Assembly: GCA_964057225.1 (NCBI GenBank)
Contig: OZ059900.1
Span: forward strand, 21,762,001 to 21,826,000
Direction of reading: 5' to 3'
Origin: Auanema rhodensis
Lineage: Eukaryota > Animalia > Nematoda
DNA: 64,000 bases
A program made the position numbers and the translations under genes. The first letter of the stretch is position 1. Each line of letters opens with the position of its first letter. Positions 13,101 to 28,300 of the stretch are shown one piece after another. The notes beneath the pieces are model-generated. The model was not told the origin of the DNA. It saw only the letters and a list, made by a program, of their open reading frames with translations, and made no database searches.

Positions 13101-16100
13101 CAATATTAGCCATAAGGGGCGTGCCCTCAGAATATGCTAATTTCCTTAATTTTCTAACCCCTGTTTTTTTGTCGTGAAAGTGGAACTAGACGTTGTACGA
13201 ACAATTTTGAGCTAGGTTTCATTGACATTGCATGAGTTTGAACACATGAAATCGTAAGTCAAAACCTTGTTTACAGCGAAATTTCCAAAAACTGGTTTTC
13301 CAGCATAATAAAATATTTCTCATGGGAAATACTGTGTTTTTGTATTTTTCTAGTGTTCAGCATGTGAAATGCTTCATTTTAGTATGTAACACGCTGAAAT
13401 TCGTTGCATTTGACGACTCATATGAACAAAAATCGATTTAATCAATATTAGCCATAAAGGGCGTGCCCTCAGAATATGCTAATTTCCTTAATTTTCTAAC
13501 CCCTGTTTTTTTGTCGTGAAAGTGGAACTAGACGTTGTAGGAACAATTTTGAGCTAGGTTTCATTGACATTGCATGAGTTTGAACACATGAAATCGTAAG
13601 TCAAAACCTTGTTTACAGCGAAATTTCCAAAAACTGGTTTTCCAGCATAATAAAATATTTCTCATGGGAAATACTGTGTTTTTGTATTTTTCTAGTGTTC
13701 AGCATGTAAAATGCTTCATTTTAGTATGTAACACGCTGAAATTCGTTGCATTTGACGACTCATATGAACAAAAATCGATTTAATCAATATTAGCCATAAG
13801 GGGCGTGCCCTCAGAATATGCTAATTTCCTTAATTTTCTAACCCCTGTTTTTTTGTCGTGAAAGTGGAACTAGACGTTGTACGAACAATTTTGAGCTAGG
13901 TTTCATTGACATTGCATGAGTTTGAACACATGAAATCGTAAGTCAAAACCTTGTTTACAGCGAAATTTCCAAAAACTGGTTTTCCAGCATAATAAAATAT
14001 TTCTCATGGGAAATACTGTGTTTTTGTATTTTTCTAGTGTTCAGCATGTAAAATGCTTCATTTTAGTATGTAACACGCTGAAATTCGTTGCATTTGACGA
14101 CTCATATGAACAAAAATCGATTTAATCAATATTAGCCATAAGGGGCGTGCCCTCAGAATATGCTAATTTCCTTAATTTTCTAACCCCTGTTTTTTTGTCG
14201 TGAAAGTGGAACTAGACGTTGTACGAACAATTTTGAGCTAGGTTTCATTGACATTGCATGAGTTTGAACACATGAAATCGTAAGTCAAAACCTTGTTTAC
14301 AGCGAAATTTCCAAAAACTGGTTTTCCAGCATAATAAAATATTTCTCATGGGAAATACTGTGTTTTTGTATTTTTCTAGTGTTCAGCATGTGAAATGCTT
14401 CATTTTAGTATGTAACACGCTGAAATTCGTTGCATTTGACGACTCATATGAACAAAAATCGATTTAATCAATATTAGCCATAAAGGGCGTGCCCTCAGAA
14501 TATGCTAATTTCCTTAATTTTCTAACCCCTGTTTTTTTGTCGTGAAAGTGGAACTAGACGTTGTAGGAACAATTTTGAGCTAGGTTTCATTGACATTGCA
14601 TGAGTTTGAACACATGAAATCGTAAGTCAAAACCTTGTTTACAGCGAAATTTCCAAAAACTGGTTTTCCAGCATAATAAAATATTTCTCATGGGAAATAC
14701 TGTGTTTTTGTATTTTTCTAGTGTTCAGCATGTAAAATGCTTCATTTTAGTATGTAACACGCTGAAATTCGTTGCATTTGACGACTCATATGAACAAAAA
14801 TCGATTTAATCAATATTAGCCATAAGGGGCGTGCCCTCAGAATATGCTAATTTCCTTAATTTTCTAACCCCTGTTTTTTTGTCGTGAAAGTGGAACTAGA
14901 CGTTGTAGGAACAATTTTGAGCTAGGTTTCATTGACATTGCATGAGTTTGAACACATGAAATCGTAAGTCAAAACCTTGTTTACAGCGATATTTTCAAAA
15001 ACTGGTTTTCCAGCATAATAAAATATTTCTCATGGGAAATACTGTGTTTTTGTATTTTTCTAGTGTTCAGCATGTAAAATGCTTCATTTTAGTATGTAAC
15101 ACGCTGAAATTCGTTGCATTTGACGACTCATATGAACAAAAATCGATTTAATCAATATTAGCCATAAGGGGCGTGCCCTCAGAATATGCTAATTTCCTTA
15201 ATTTTCTAACCCCTGTTTTTTTGTCGTGAAAGTGGAACTAGACGTTGTACGAACAATTTTGAGCTAGGTTTCATTGACATTGCATGAGTTTGAACACATG
15301 AAATCGTAAGTCAAAACCTTGTTTACAGCGAAATTTCCAAAAACTGGTTTTCCAGCATAATAAAATATTTCTCATGGGAAATACTGTGTTTTTGTATTTT
15401 TCTAGTGTTCAGCATGTAAAATGCTTCATTTTAGTATGTAACACGCTGAAATTCGTTGCATTTGACGACTCATATGAACAAAAATCGATTTAATCAATAT
15501 TAGCCATAAGGGGCGTGCCCTCAGAATATGCTAATTTCCTTAATTTTCTAACCCCTGTTTTTTTGTCGTGAAAGTGGAACTAGACGTTGTACGAACAATT
15601 TTGAGCTGGGTTTCATTGACATTGCATGAGTTTGAACACATGAAATCGTAAGTCAAAACCTTGTTTACAGCGAAATTTCCAAAAACTGGTTTTCCAGCAT
15701 AATAAAATATTTCTCATGGGAAATACTGTGTTTTTGTATTTTTCTAGTGTTCAGCATGTAAAATGCTTCATTTTAGTATGTAACACGCTGAAATTCGTTG
15801 CATTTGACGACTCATATGAACAAAAATCGATTTAATCAATATTAGCCATAAGGGGCGTGCCCTCAGAATATGCTAATTTCCTTAATTTTCTAACCCCTGT
15901 TTTTTTGTCGTGAAAGTGGAACTAGACATTGTATTAACAATTTTGAGCTAGGTTTCATTGACATTGCATGAGTTTAAACACATGAAATCGTAAGTCAAAA
16001 CCTTGTTTACAGCGAAATTTCCAAAAACTGGTTTTCCAGCATAATAAAATATTTCTCATGGGAAATACTGTGTTTTTGTATTTTTCTAGTGTTCAGCATG

Positions 16101-18815
16101 TAAAATGCTTCATTTTAGTATGTAACACGCTGAAATTCGTTGCATTTGACGACTCATATGAACAAAAATCGATTTAATCAATATTAGCCATAAGGGGGCG
16201 TGCCCTCAGAATATGCTAATTTCCTTAATTTTCTAACCCCTGTTTTTTTGTCGTGAAAGTGGAACTAGACGTTGTACGAACAATTTTGAGCTAGGTTTCA
16301 TTGACATTGCATGAGTTTGAACACATGAAATCGTAAGTCAAAACCTTGTTTACAGCGAAATTTCCAAAAACTGGTTTTCCAGCATAATAAAATATTTCTC
16401 ATGGGAAATACTGTGTTTTTGTATTTTTCTAGTGTTCAGCATGTAAAATGCTTCATTTTAGTATGTAACACGCTGAAATTCGTTGCATTTGACGACTCAT
16501 ATGAACAAAAATCGATTTAATCAATATTAGCCATAAGGGGCGTGCCCTCAGAATATGCTAATTTCCTTAATTTTCTAACCCCTGTTTTTTTGTCGTGAAA
16601 GTGGAACCAGACGTTGTACGAACAATTTTGAGCTAGGTTTCATTGACATTGCATGAGTTTGAACACATGAAATCGTAAGTCAAAACCTTGTTTACAGCGA
16701 AATTTCCAAAAACTGGTTTTCCAGCATAATAAAATATTTCTCATGGGAAATACTGTGTTTTTGTATTTTTCTAGTGTTCAGCATGTAAAATGCTTCATTT
16801 TAGTATGTAACACGCTGAAATTCGTTGCATTTGACGACTCATATGAACAAAAATCGATTTAATCAATATTAGCCATAAGGGGCGTGCCCTCAGAATATGC
16901 TAATTTCCTTAATTTTCTAACCCCTGTTTTTTTGTCGTGAAAGTGGAACTAGACATTGTATTAACAATTTTGAGCTAGGTTTCATTGACATTGCATGAGT
17001 TTAAACACATGAAATCGTAAGTCAAAACCTTGTTTACAGCGAAATTTCCAAAAACTGGTTTTCCAGCATAATAAAATATTTCTCATGGGAAATACTGTGT
17101 TTTTGTATTTTTCTAGTGTTCAGCATGTAAAATGCTTCATTTTAGTATGTAACACGCTGAAATTCGTTGCATTTGACGACTCATATGAACAAAAATCGAT
17201 TTAATCAATATTAGCCATAAGGGGGCGTGCCCTCAGAATATGCTAATTTCCTTAATTTTCTAACCCCTGTTTTTTTGTCGTGAAAGTGGAACTAGACGTT
17301 GTACGAACAATTTTGAGCTAGGTTTCATTGACATTGCATGAGTTTGAACACATGAAATCGTAAGTCAAAACCTTGTTTACAGCGAAATTTCCAAAAACTG
17401 GTTTTCCAGCATAATAAAATATTTCTCATGGGAAATACTGTGTTTTTGTATTTTTCTAGTGTTCAGCATGTAAAATGCTTCATTTTAGTATGTAACACGC
17501 TGAAATTCGTTGCATTTGACGACTCATATGAACAAAAATCGATTTAATCAATATTAGCCATAAGGGGCGTGCCCTCAGAATATGCTAATTTCCTTAATTT
17601 TCTAACCCCTGTTTTTTTGTCGTGAAAGTGGAACCAGACGTTGTACGAACAATTTTGAGCTAGGTTTCATTGACATTGCATGAGTTTGAACACATGAAAT
17701 CGTAAGTCAAAACCTTGTTTACAGCGAAATTTCCAAAAACTGGTTTTCCAGCATAATAAAATATTTCTCATGGGAAATACTGTGTTTTTGTATTTTTCTA
17801 GTGTTCAGCATGTGAAATGCTTCATTTTAGTATGTAACACGCTGAAATTCGTTGCATTTGACGACTCATATGAACAAAAATCGATTTAATCAATATTAGC
17901 CATAAAGGGCGTGCCCTCAGAATATGCTAATTTCCTTAATTTTCTAACCCCTGTTTTTTTGTCGTGAAAGTGGAACTAGACGTTGTAGGAACAATTTTGA
18001 GCTAGGTTTCATTGACATTGCATGAGTTTGAACACATGAAATCGTAAGTCAAAACCTTGTTTACAGCGAAATTTCCAAAAACTGGTTTTCCAGCATAATA
18101 AAATATTTCTCATGGGAAATACTGTGTTTTTGTATTTTTCTAGTGTTCAGCATGTAAAATGCTTCATTTTAGTATGTAACACGCTGAAATTCGTTGCATT
18201 TGACGACTCATATGAACAAAAATCGATTTAATCAATATTAGCCATAAGGGGCGTGCCCTCAGAATATGCTAATTTCCTTAATTTTCTAACCCCTGTTTTT
18301 TTGTCGTGAAAGTGGAACTAGACGTTGTACGAACAATTTTGAGCTAGGTTTCATTGACATTGCATGAGTTTGAACACATGAAATCGTAAGTCAAAACCTT
18401 GTTTACAGCGAAATTTCCAAAAACTGGTTTTCCAGCATAATAAAATATTTCTCATGGGAAATACTGTGTTTTTGTATTTTTCTAGTGTTCAGCATGTAAA
18501 ATGCTTCATTTTAGTATGTAACACGCTGAAATTCGTTGCATTTGACGACTCATATGAACAAAAATCGATTTAATCAATATTAGCCATAAGGGGCGTGCCC
18601 TCAGAATATGCTAATTTCCTTAATTTTCTAACCCCTGTTTTTTTGTCGTGAAAGTGGAACTAGACGTTGTAGGAACAATTTTGAGCTAGGTTTCATTGAC
18701 ATTGCATGAGTTTGAACACATGAAATCGTAAGTCAAAACCTTGTTTACAGCGAAATTTTCAAAAACTGGTTTTCCAGCATAATAAAATATTTCTCATGGG
18801 AAATACTGTGTTTTT

Positions 18816-21800
18816 GTATTTTTCTAGTGTTCAGCATGTAAAATGCTTCATTTTAGTATGTAACACGCTGAAATTCGTTGCATTTGACGACTCATATGAA
18901 CAAAAATCGATTTAATCAATATTAGCCATAAGGGGCGTGCCCTCAGAATATGCTAATTTCCTTAATTTTCTAACCCCTGTTTTTTTGTCGTGAAAGTGGA
19001 ACTAGTCGTTGTACGAACAATTTTGAGCTAGGTTTCATTGACATTGCATGAGTTTGAACACATGAAATCGTAAGTCAAAACCTTGTTTACAGCGAAATTT
19101 CCAAAAACTGGTTTTCCAGCATAATAAAATATTTCTCATGGGAAATACTGTGTTTTTGTATTTTTCTAGTGTTCAGCATGTAAAATGCTTCATTTTAGTA
19201 TGTAACACGCTGAAATTCGTTGCATTTGACGACTCATATGAACAAAAATCGATTTAATCAATATTAGCCATAAGGGGCGTGCCCTCAGAATATGCTAATT
19301 TCCTTAATTTTCTAACCCCTATTTTTTTGTCGTGAAAGTGGAACTAGACGTTGTACGAACAATTTTGAGCTAGGTTTCATTGACATTGCATGAGTTTGAA
19401 CACATGAAATCGTAAGTCAAAACCTTGTTTACAGCGAAATTTCCAAAAACTGGTTTTCCAGCATAATAAAATTATTCTCATGGGAAATACTGTGTTTTTG
19501 TATTTTTCTAGTGTTCAGCATGTAAAATGCTTCATTTTAGTATGTAACACGCTGAAATTCGTTGCATTTGACGACTCATATGAACAAAAATCGATTTAAT
19601 CAATATTAGCCATAAGGGGCGTGCCCTCAGAATATGCTAATTTCCTTAATTTTCTAACCCCTGTTTTTTTGTCGTGAAAGTGGAACTAGACGTTGTACGA
19701 ACAATTTTGAGCTAGGTTTCATTGACATTGCATGAGTTTGAACACATGAAATCGTAAGTCAAAACCTTGTTTACAGCGAAATTTCCAAAAACTGGTTTTC
19801 CAGCATAATAAAATATTTCTCATGGGAAATACTGTGTTTTTGTATTTTTCTAGTGTTCAGCATGTAAAATGCTTCATTTTAGTATGTAACACGCTGAAAT
19901 TCGTTGCATTTGACGACTCATATGAACAAAAATCGATTTAATCAATATTAGCCATAAAGGGCGTGCCCTCAGAATATGCTAATTTCCTTAATTTTCTAAC
20001 CCCTGTTTTTTTGTCGTGAAAGTGGAACTAGACGTTGTAGGAACAATTTTGAGCTAGGTTTCATTGACATTGCATGAGTTTGAACACATGAAATCGTAAG
20101 TCAAAACCTTGTTTACAGCGAAATTTCCAAAAACTGGTTTTCCAGCATAATAAAATATTTCTCATGAGAAATACTGTGTTTTTGTATTTTTCTAGTGTTC
20201 AGCATGTAAAATGCTTCATTTTAGTACGTAACACGCTGAAATTCGTTGCATTTGACGACTCATATGAACAAAAATCGATTTAATCAATATTAGCCATAAG
20301 GGGCGTGCCCTCAGAATATGCTAATTTCCTTAATTTTCTAACCCCTGTTTTTTTGTCGTGAAAGTGGAACTAGACGTTGTACGAACAATTTTGAGCTAGG
20401 TTTCATTGACATTGCATGAGTTTGAACACATGAAATCGTAAGTCAAAACCTTGTTTACAGCGAAATTTCCAAAAACTGGTTTTCCAGCATAATAAAATAT
20501 TTCTCATGGGAAATACTGTGTTTTTGTATTTTTCTAGTGTTCAGCATGTAAAATGCTTCATTTTAGTATGTAACACGCTGAAATTCGTTGCATTTGACGA
20601 CTCATATGAACAAAAATCGATTTAATCAATATTAGCCATAAAGGGCGTGCCCTCAGAATATGCTAATTTCCTTAATTTTCTAACCCCTGTTTTTTTGTCG
20701 TGAAAGTGGAACTAGACGTTGTAGGAACAATTTTGAGCTAGGTTTCATTGACATTGCATGAGTTTGAACACATGAAATCGTAAGTCAAAACCTTGTTTAC
20801 AGCGAAATTTTCAAAAACTGGTTTTCCAGCATAATAAAATATTTCTCATGGGAAATACTGTGTTTTTGTATTTTTCTAGTGTTCAGCATGTAAAATGCTT
20901 CATTTTAGTATGTAACACGCTGAAATTCGTTGCATTTGACGACTCATATGAACAAAAATCGATTTAATCAATATTAGCCATAAGGGGCGTGCCCTCAGAA
21001 TATGCTAATTTCCTTAATTTTCTAACCCCTGTTTTTTTGTCGTGAAAGTGGAACTAGTCGTTGTACGAACAATTTTGAGCTAGGTTTCATTGACATTGCA
21101 TGAGTTTGAACACATGAAATCGTAAGTCAAAACCTTGTTTACAGCGAAATTTCCAAAAACTGGTTTTCCAGCATAATAAAATATTTCTCATGGGAAATAC
21201 TGTGTTTTTGTATTTTTCTAGTGTTCAGCATGTAAAATGCTTCATTTTAGTATGTAACACGCTGAAATTCGTTGCATTTGACGACTCATATGAACAAAAA
21301 TCGATTTAATCAATATTAGCCATAAGGGGCGTGCCCTCAGAATATGCTAATTTCCTTAATTTTCTAACCCCTATTTTTTTGTCGTGAAAGTGGAACTAGA
21401 CGTTGTACGAACAATTTTGAGCTAGGTTTCATTGACATTGCATGAGTTTGAACACATGAAATCGTAAGTCAAAACCTTGTTTACAGCGAAATTTCCAAAA
21501 ACTGGTTTTCCAGCATAATAAAATTATTCTCATGGGAAATACTGTGTTTTTGTATTTTTCTAGTGTTCAGCATGTAAAATGCTTCATTTTAGTATGTAAC
21601 ACGCTGAAATTCGTTGCATTTGACGACTCATATGAACAAAAATCGATTTAATCAATATTAGCCATAAGGGGCGTGCCCTCAGAATATGCTAATTTCCTTA
21701 ATTTTCTAACCCCTGTTTTTTTGTCGTGAAAGTGGAACTAGACGTTGTACGAACAATTTTGAGCTAGGTTTCATTGACATTGCATGAGTTTGAACACATG

Positions 21801-22919
21801 AAATCGTAAGTCAAAACCTTGTTTACAGCGAAATTTCCAAAAACTGGTTTTCCAGCATAATAAAATATTTCTCATGGGAAATACTGTGTTTTTGTATTTT
21901 TCTAGTGTTCAGCATGTAAAATGCTTCATTTTAGTATGTAACACGCTGAAATTCGTTGCATTTGACGACTCATATGAACAAAAATCGATTTAATCAATAT
22001 TAGCCATAAAGGGCGTGCCCTCAGAATATGCTAATTTCCTTAATTTTCTAACCCCTGTTTTTTTGTCGTGAAAGTGGAACTAGACGTTGTAGGAACAATT
22101 TTGAGCTAGGTTTCATTGACATTGCATGAGTTTGAACACATGAAATCGTAAGTCAAAACCTTGTTTACAGCGAAATTTCCAAAAACTGGTTTTCCAGCAT
22201 AATAAAATATTTCTCATGAGAAATACTGTGTTTTTGTATTTTTCTAGTGTTCAGCATGTAAAATGCTTCATTTTAGTACGTAACACGCTGAAATTCGTTG
22301 CATTTGACGACTCATATGAACAAAAATCGATTTAATCAATATTAGCCATAAGGGGCGTGCCCTCAGAATATGCTAATTTCCTTAATTTTCTAACCCCTGT
22401 TTTTTTGTCGTGAAAGTGGAACTAGACGTTGTACGAACAATTTTGAGCTAGGTTTCATTGACATTGCATGAGTTTGAACACATGAAATCGTAAGTCAAAA
22501 CCTTGTTTACAGCGAAATTTCCAAAAACTGGTTTTCCAGCATAATAAAATATTTCTCATGGGAAATACTGTGTTTTTGTATTTTTCTAGTGTTCAGCATG
22601 TAAAATGCTTCATTTTAGTATGTAACACGCTGAAATTCGTTGCATTTGACGACTCATATGAACAAAAATCGATTTAATCAATATTAGCCATAAAGGGCGT
22701 GCCCTCAGAATATGCTAATTTCCTTAATTTTCTAACCCCTGTTTTTTTGTCGTGAAAGTGGAACTAGACGTTGTAGGAACAATTTTGAGCTAGGTTTCAT
22801 TGACATTGCATGAGTTTGAACACATGAAATCGTAAGTCAAAACCTTGTTTACAGCGAAATTTTCAAAAACTGGTTTTCCAGCATAATAAAATATTTCTCA
22901 TGGGAAATACTGTGTTTTT
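18816..22919 (+). repeat. Tandem 6-monomer (2052-bp) duplication
   Basis: The order TAGTCG; CCTATTT+AAAATTATT; consensus; ATGAGA; TACGTAAC; AATTTTC occurs at 18816-20867 and again at 20868-22919. Confidence 0.88.
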
Positions 22920-25313
22920 GTATTTTTCTAGTGTTCAGCATGTAAAATGCTTCATTTTAGTATGTAACACGCTGAAATTCGTTGCATTTGACGACTCATA
23001 TGAACAAAAATCGATTTAATCAATATTAGCCATAAGGGGCGTGCCCTCAGAATATGCTAATTTCCTTAATTTTCTAACCCCTGTTTTTTTGTCGTGAAAG
23101 TGGAACTAGACGTTGTACGAACAATTTTGAGCTAGGTTTCATTGACATTGCATGAGTTTGAACACATGAAATCGTAAGTCAAAACCTTGTTTACAGCGAA
23201 ATTTCCAAAAACTGGTTTTCCAGCATAATAAAATATTTCTCATGGGAAATACTGTGTTTTTGTATTTTTCTAGTGTTCAGCATGTAAAATGCTTCATTTT
23301 AGTATGTAACACGCTGAAATTCGTTGCATTTGACGACTCATATGAACAAAAATCGATTTAATCAATATTAGCCATAAGGGGCGTGCCCTCAGAATATGCT
23401 AATTTCCTTAATTTTCTAACCCCTGTTTTTTTGTCGTGAAAGTGGAACTAGACGTTGTACGAACAATTTTGAGCTGGGTTTCATTGACATTGCATGAGTT
23501 TGAACACATGAAATCGTAAGTCAAAACCTTGTTTACAGCGAAATTTCCAAAAACTGGTTTTCCAGCATAATAAAATATTTCTCATGGGAAATACTGTGTT
23601 TTTGTATTTTTCTAGTGTTCAGCATGTAAAATGCTTCATTTTAGTATGTAACACGCTGAAATTCGTTGCATTTGACGACTCATATGAACAAAAATCGATT
23701 TAATCAATATTAGCCATAAAGGGCGTGCCCTCAGAATATGCTAATTTCCTTAATTTTCTAACCCCTGTTTTTTTGTCGTGAAAGTGGAACTAGACGTTGT
23801 AGGAACAATTTTGAGCTAGGTTTCATTGACATTGCATGAGTTTGAACACATGAAATCGTAAGTCAAAACCTTGTTTACAGCGAAATTTCCAAAAACTGGT
23901 TTTCCAGCATAATAAAATATTTCTCATGAGAAATACTGTGTTTTTGTATTTTTCTAGTGTTCAGCATGTAAAATGCTTCATTTTAGTACGTAACACGCTG
24001 AAATTCGTTGCATTTGACGACTCATATGAACAAAAATCGATTTAATCAATATTAGCCATAAGGGGCGTGCCCTCAGAATATGCTAATTTCCTTAATTTTC
24101 TAACCCCTGTTTTTTTGTCGTGAAAGTGGAACTAGACGTTGTACGAACAATTTTGAGCTAGGTTTCATTGACATTGCATGAGTTTGAACACATGAAATCG
24201 TAAGTCAAAACCTTGTTTACAGCGAAATTTCCAAAAACTGGTTTTCCAGCATAATAAAATATTTCTCATGGGAAATACTGTGTTTTTGTATTTTTCTAGT
24301 GTTCAGCATGTAAAATGCTTCATTTTAGTATGTAACACGCTGAAATTCGTTGCATTTGACGACTCATATGAACAAAAATCGATTTAATCAATATTAGCCA
24401 TAAAGGGCGTGCCCTCAGAATATGCTAATTTCCTTAATTTTCTAACCCCTGTTTTTTTGTCGTGAAAGTGGAACTAGACGTTGTAGGAACAATTTTGAGC
24501 TAGGTTTCATTGACATTGCATGAGTTTGAACACATGAAATCGTAAGTCAAAACCTTGTTTACAGCGAAATTTTCAAAAACTGGTTTTCCAGCATAATAAA
24601 ATATTTCTCATGGGAAATACTGTGTTTTTGTATTTTTCTAGTGTTCAGCATGTAAAATGCTTCATTTTAGTATGTAACACGCTGAAATTCGTTGCATTTG
24701 ACGACTCATATGAACAAAAATCGATTTAATCAATATTAGCCATAAGGGGCGTGCCCTCAGAATATGCTAATTTCCTTAATTTTCTAACCCCTGTTTTTTT
24801 GTCGTGAAAGTGGAACTAGACGTTGTACGAACAATTTTGAGCTAGGTTTCATTGACATTGCATGAGTTTGAACACATGAAATCGTAAGTCAAAACCTTGT
24901 TTACAGCGAAATTTCCAAAAACTGGTTTTCCAGCATAATAAAATATTTCTCATGGGAAATACTGTGTTTTTGTATTTTTCTAGTGTTCAGCATGTAAAAT
25001 GCTTCATTTTAGTATGTAACACGCTGAAATTCGTTGCATTTGACGACTCATATGAACAAAAATCGATTTAATCAATATTAGCCATAAGGGGCGTGCCCTC
25101 AGAATATGCTAATTTCCTTAATTTTCTAACCCCTGTTTTTTTGTCGTGAAAGTGGAACTAGACGTTGTACGAACAATTTTGAGCTGGGTTTCATTGACAT
25201 TGCATGAGTTTGAACACATGAAATCGTAAGTCAAAACCTTGTTTACAGCGAAATTTCCAAAAACTGGTTTTCCAGCATAATAAAATATTTCTCATGGGAA
25301 ATACTGTGTTTTT
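21894..25313 (+). repeat. Tandem 5-monomer (1710-bp) duplication overlapping the 6-mer duplication
   Basis: ATGAGA; TACGTAAC; AATTTTC; consensus; CTGGG at 21894-23603 and at 23604-25313. Confidence 0.86.
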
Positions 25314-28300
25314 GTATTTTTCTAGTGTTCAGCATGTAAAATGCTTCATTTTAGTATGTAACACGCTGAAATTCGTTGCATTTGACGACTCATATGAACA
25401 AAAATCGATTTAATCAATATTAGCCATAAGGGGCGTGCCCTCAGAATATGCTAATTTCCTTAATTTTCTAACCCCTGTTTTTTAGTCGTGAAAGTGGAAC
25501 TAGACGTTGTACGAACAATTTTGAGCTAGGTTTCATTGACATTGCATGAGTTTGAACACATGAAATCGTAAGTCAAAACCTTGTTTACAGCGAAATTTCC
25601 AAAAACTGGTTTTCCAGCATAATAAAATATTTCTCATGGGAAATACTGTGTTTTTGTATTTTTCTAGTGTTCAGCATGTAAAATGCTTCATTTTAGTATG
25701 TAACACGCTGAAATTCGTTGCATTTGACGACTCATATGAACAAAAATCGATTTAATCAATATTAGCCATAAAGGGCGTGCCCTCAGAATATGCTAATTTC
25801 CTTAATTTTCTAACCCCTGTTTTTTTGTCCTGAAAGTGGAACTAGACATTGTATTAACAATTTTGAGCTAGGTTTCATTGACATTGCATGAGTTTGAACA
25901 CATGAAATCGTAAGTCAAAACCTTGTTTACAGCGAAATTTCCAAAAACTGGTTTTCCAGCATAATAAAATATTTCTCATGGGTATTACTGTGTTTTTGTA
26001 TTTTTCTAGTGTTCAGCATGTAAAATGCTTCATTTTAGTATGTAACACGCTGAAATTCGTTGCATTTGACGACTCATATGAACAAAAATCGATTTAATCA
26101 ATATTAGCCATAAGGGGCGTGCCCTCAGAATATGCTAATTTCCTTAATTTTCTAACCCCTGTTTTTTTGTCGTGAAAGTGGAACTAGACGTTGTACGAAC
26201 AATTTTGAGCTAGGTTTCATTGACATTGCATGAGTTTGAACACATGAAATCGTAAGTCAAAACCTTGTTTACAGCGAAATTTCCAAAAACTGGTTTTCCA
26301 GCATAATAAAATATTTCTCATGGGTATTACTGTGTTTTTGTATTTTTCTAGTGTTCAGCATGTAAAATGCTTCATTTTAGTATGTAACACGCTGAAATTC
26401 GTTGCATTTGACGACTCATATGAACAAAAATCGATTTAATCAATATTAGCCATAAGGGGCGTGCCCTCAGAATATGCTAATTTCCTTAATTTTCTAACCC
26501 CTGTTTTTTTGTCGTGAAAGTGGAACTAGACGTTGTACGAACAATTTTGAGCTAGGTTTCATTGACATTGCATGAGTTTGAACACATGAAATCGTAAGTC
26601 AAAACCTTGTTTACAGCGAAATTTCCAAAAACTGGTTTTCCAGCATAATAAAATATTTCTCATGGGAAATACTGTGTTTTTGTATTTTTCTAGTGTTCAG
26701 CATGTGAAATGCTTCATTTTAGTATGTAACACGCTGAAATTCGTTGCATTTGACGACTCATATGAACAAAAATCGATTTAATCAATATTAGCCATAAAGG
26801 GCGTGCCCTCAGAATATGCTAATTTCCTTAATTTTCTAACCCCTGTTTTTTTGTCGTGAAAGTGGAACCAGACGTTGTAGGAACAATTTTGAGCTAGGTT
26901 TCATTGACATTGCATGAGTTTGAACACATGAAATCGTAAGTCAAAACCTTGTTTACAGCGAAACTTCCAAAAACTGGTTTTCCAGCATAATAAAATATTT
27001 CTCATGGGAAATACTGTGTTTTTGTATTTTTCTAGTGTTCAGCATGTAAAATGCTTCATTTTAGTATGTAACACGCTGAAATTCGTTGCATTTGACGACT
27101 CATATGAACAAAAATCGATTTAATCAATATTAGCCATAAGGGGCGTGCCCTCAGAATATGCTAATTTCTTTAATTTTCTAACCCCTGTTTTTTTGTCGTG
27201 AAAGTGGAACTAGACGTTGTAGGAACAATTTTGAGCTAGGTTTCATTGACATTGCATGAGTTTGAACACATGAAATCGTAAGTCAAAACCTTGTTTACAG
27301 CGATATTTTCAAAAACTGGTTTTCCAGCATAATAAAATATTTCTCATGGGAAATACCGTGTTTTTGTATTTTTCTAGTGTTCAGCATGTAAAATGCTTCA
27401 TTTTAGTATGTAACACGCTGAAATTCGTTGCATTTGACGACTCATATGAACAAAAATCGATTTAATCAATATTAGCCATAAGGGGCGTGCCCTCAGAATA
27501 TGCTAATTTCCTTAATTTTCTAACCCCTGTTTTTTTGTCGTGAAAGTGGAACTAGACGTTGTACGAACAATTTTGAGCTAGGTTTCATTGACATTGCATG
27601 AGTTTGAACACATGAAATCGTAAGTCAAAACCTTGTTTACAGCGAAATTTCCAAAAACTGGTTTTCCAGCATAATAAAATATTTCTCATGGGAAATACTG
27701 TGTTTTTGTATTTTTCTAGTGTTCAGCATGTAAAATGCTTCATTTTAGTATGTAACACGCTGAAATTCGTTGCATTTGACGACTCATATGAACAAAAATC
27801 GATTTAATCAATATTAGCCATAAGGGGCGTGCCCTCAGAATATGCTAATTTCCTTAATTTTCTAACCCCTGTTTTTTTGTCGTGAAAGTGGAACTAGACG
27901 TTGTAGGAACAATTTTGAGCTAGGTTTCATTGACATTGCATGAGTTTGAACACATGAAATCGTAAGTCAAAACCTTGTTTACAGCGATATTTTCAAAAAC
28001 TGGTTTTCCAGCATAATAAAATATTTCTCATGGGAAATACTGTGTTTTTGTATTTTTCTAGTGTTCAGCATGTAAAATGCTTCATTTTAGTATGTAACAC
28101 GCTGAAATTCGTTGCATTTGACGACTCATATGAACAAAAATCGATTTAATCAATATTAGCCATAAGGGGCGTGCCCTCAGAATATGCTAATTTCCTTAAT
28201 TTTCTAACCCCTGTTTTTTTGTCGTGAAAGTGGAACTAGACGTTGTACGAACAATTTTGAGCTAGGTTTCATTGACATTGCATGAGTTTGAACACATGAA

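Larger units (their letters stand above)
12316..25997 (+). repeat. Higher-order block A, copy 2 (M37-M76), with internal 6-mer and 5-mer duplications
   Basis: M37-M53 match M1-M17 except M41. M53-M61 match M21-M29 except one base in M55. M68-69 match M30-31 and M75-76 match M32-33. Confidence 0.85.
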
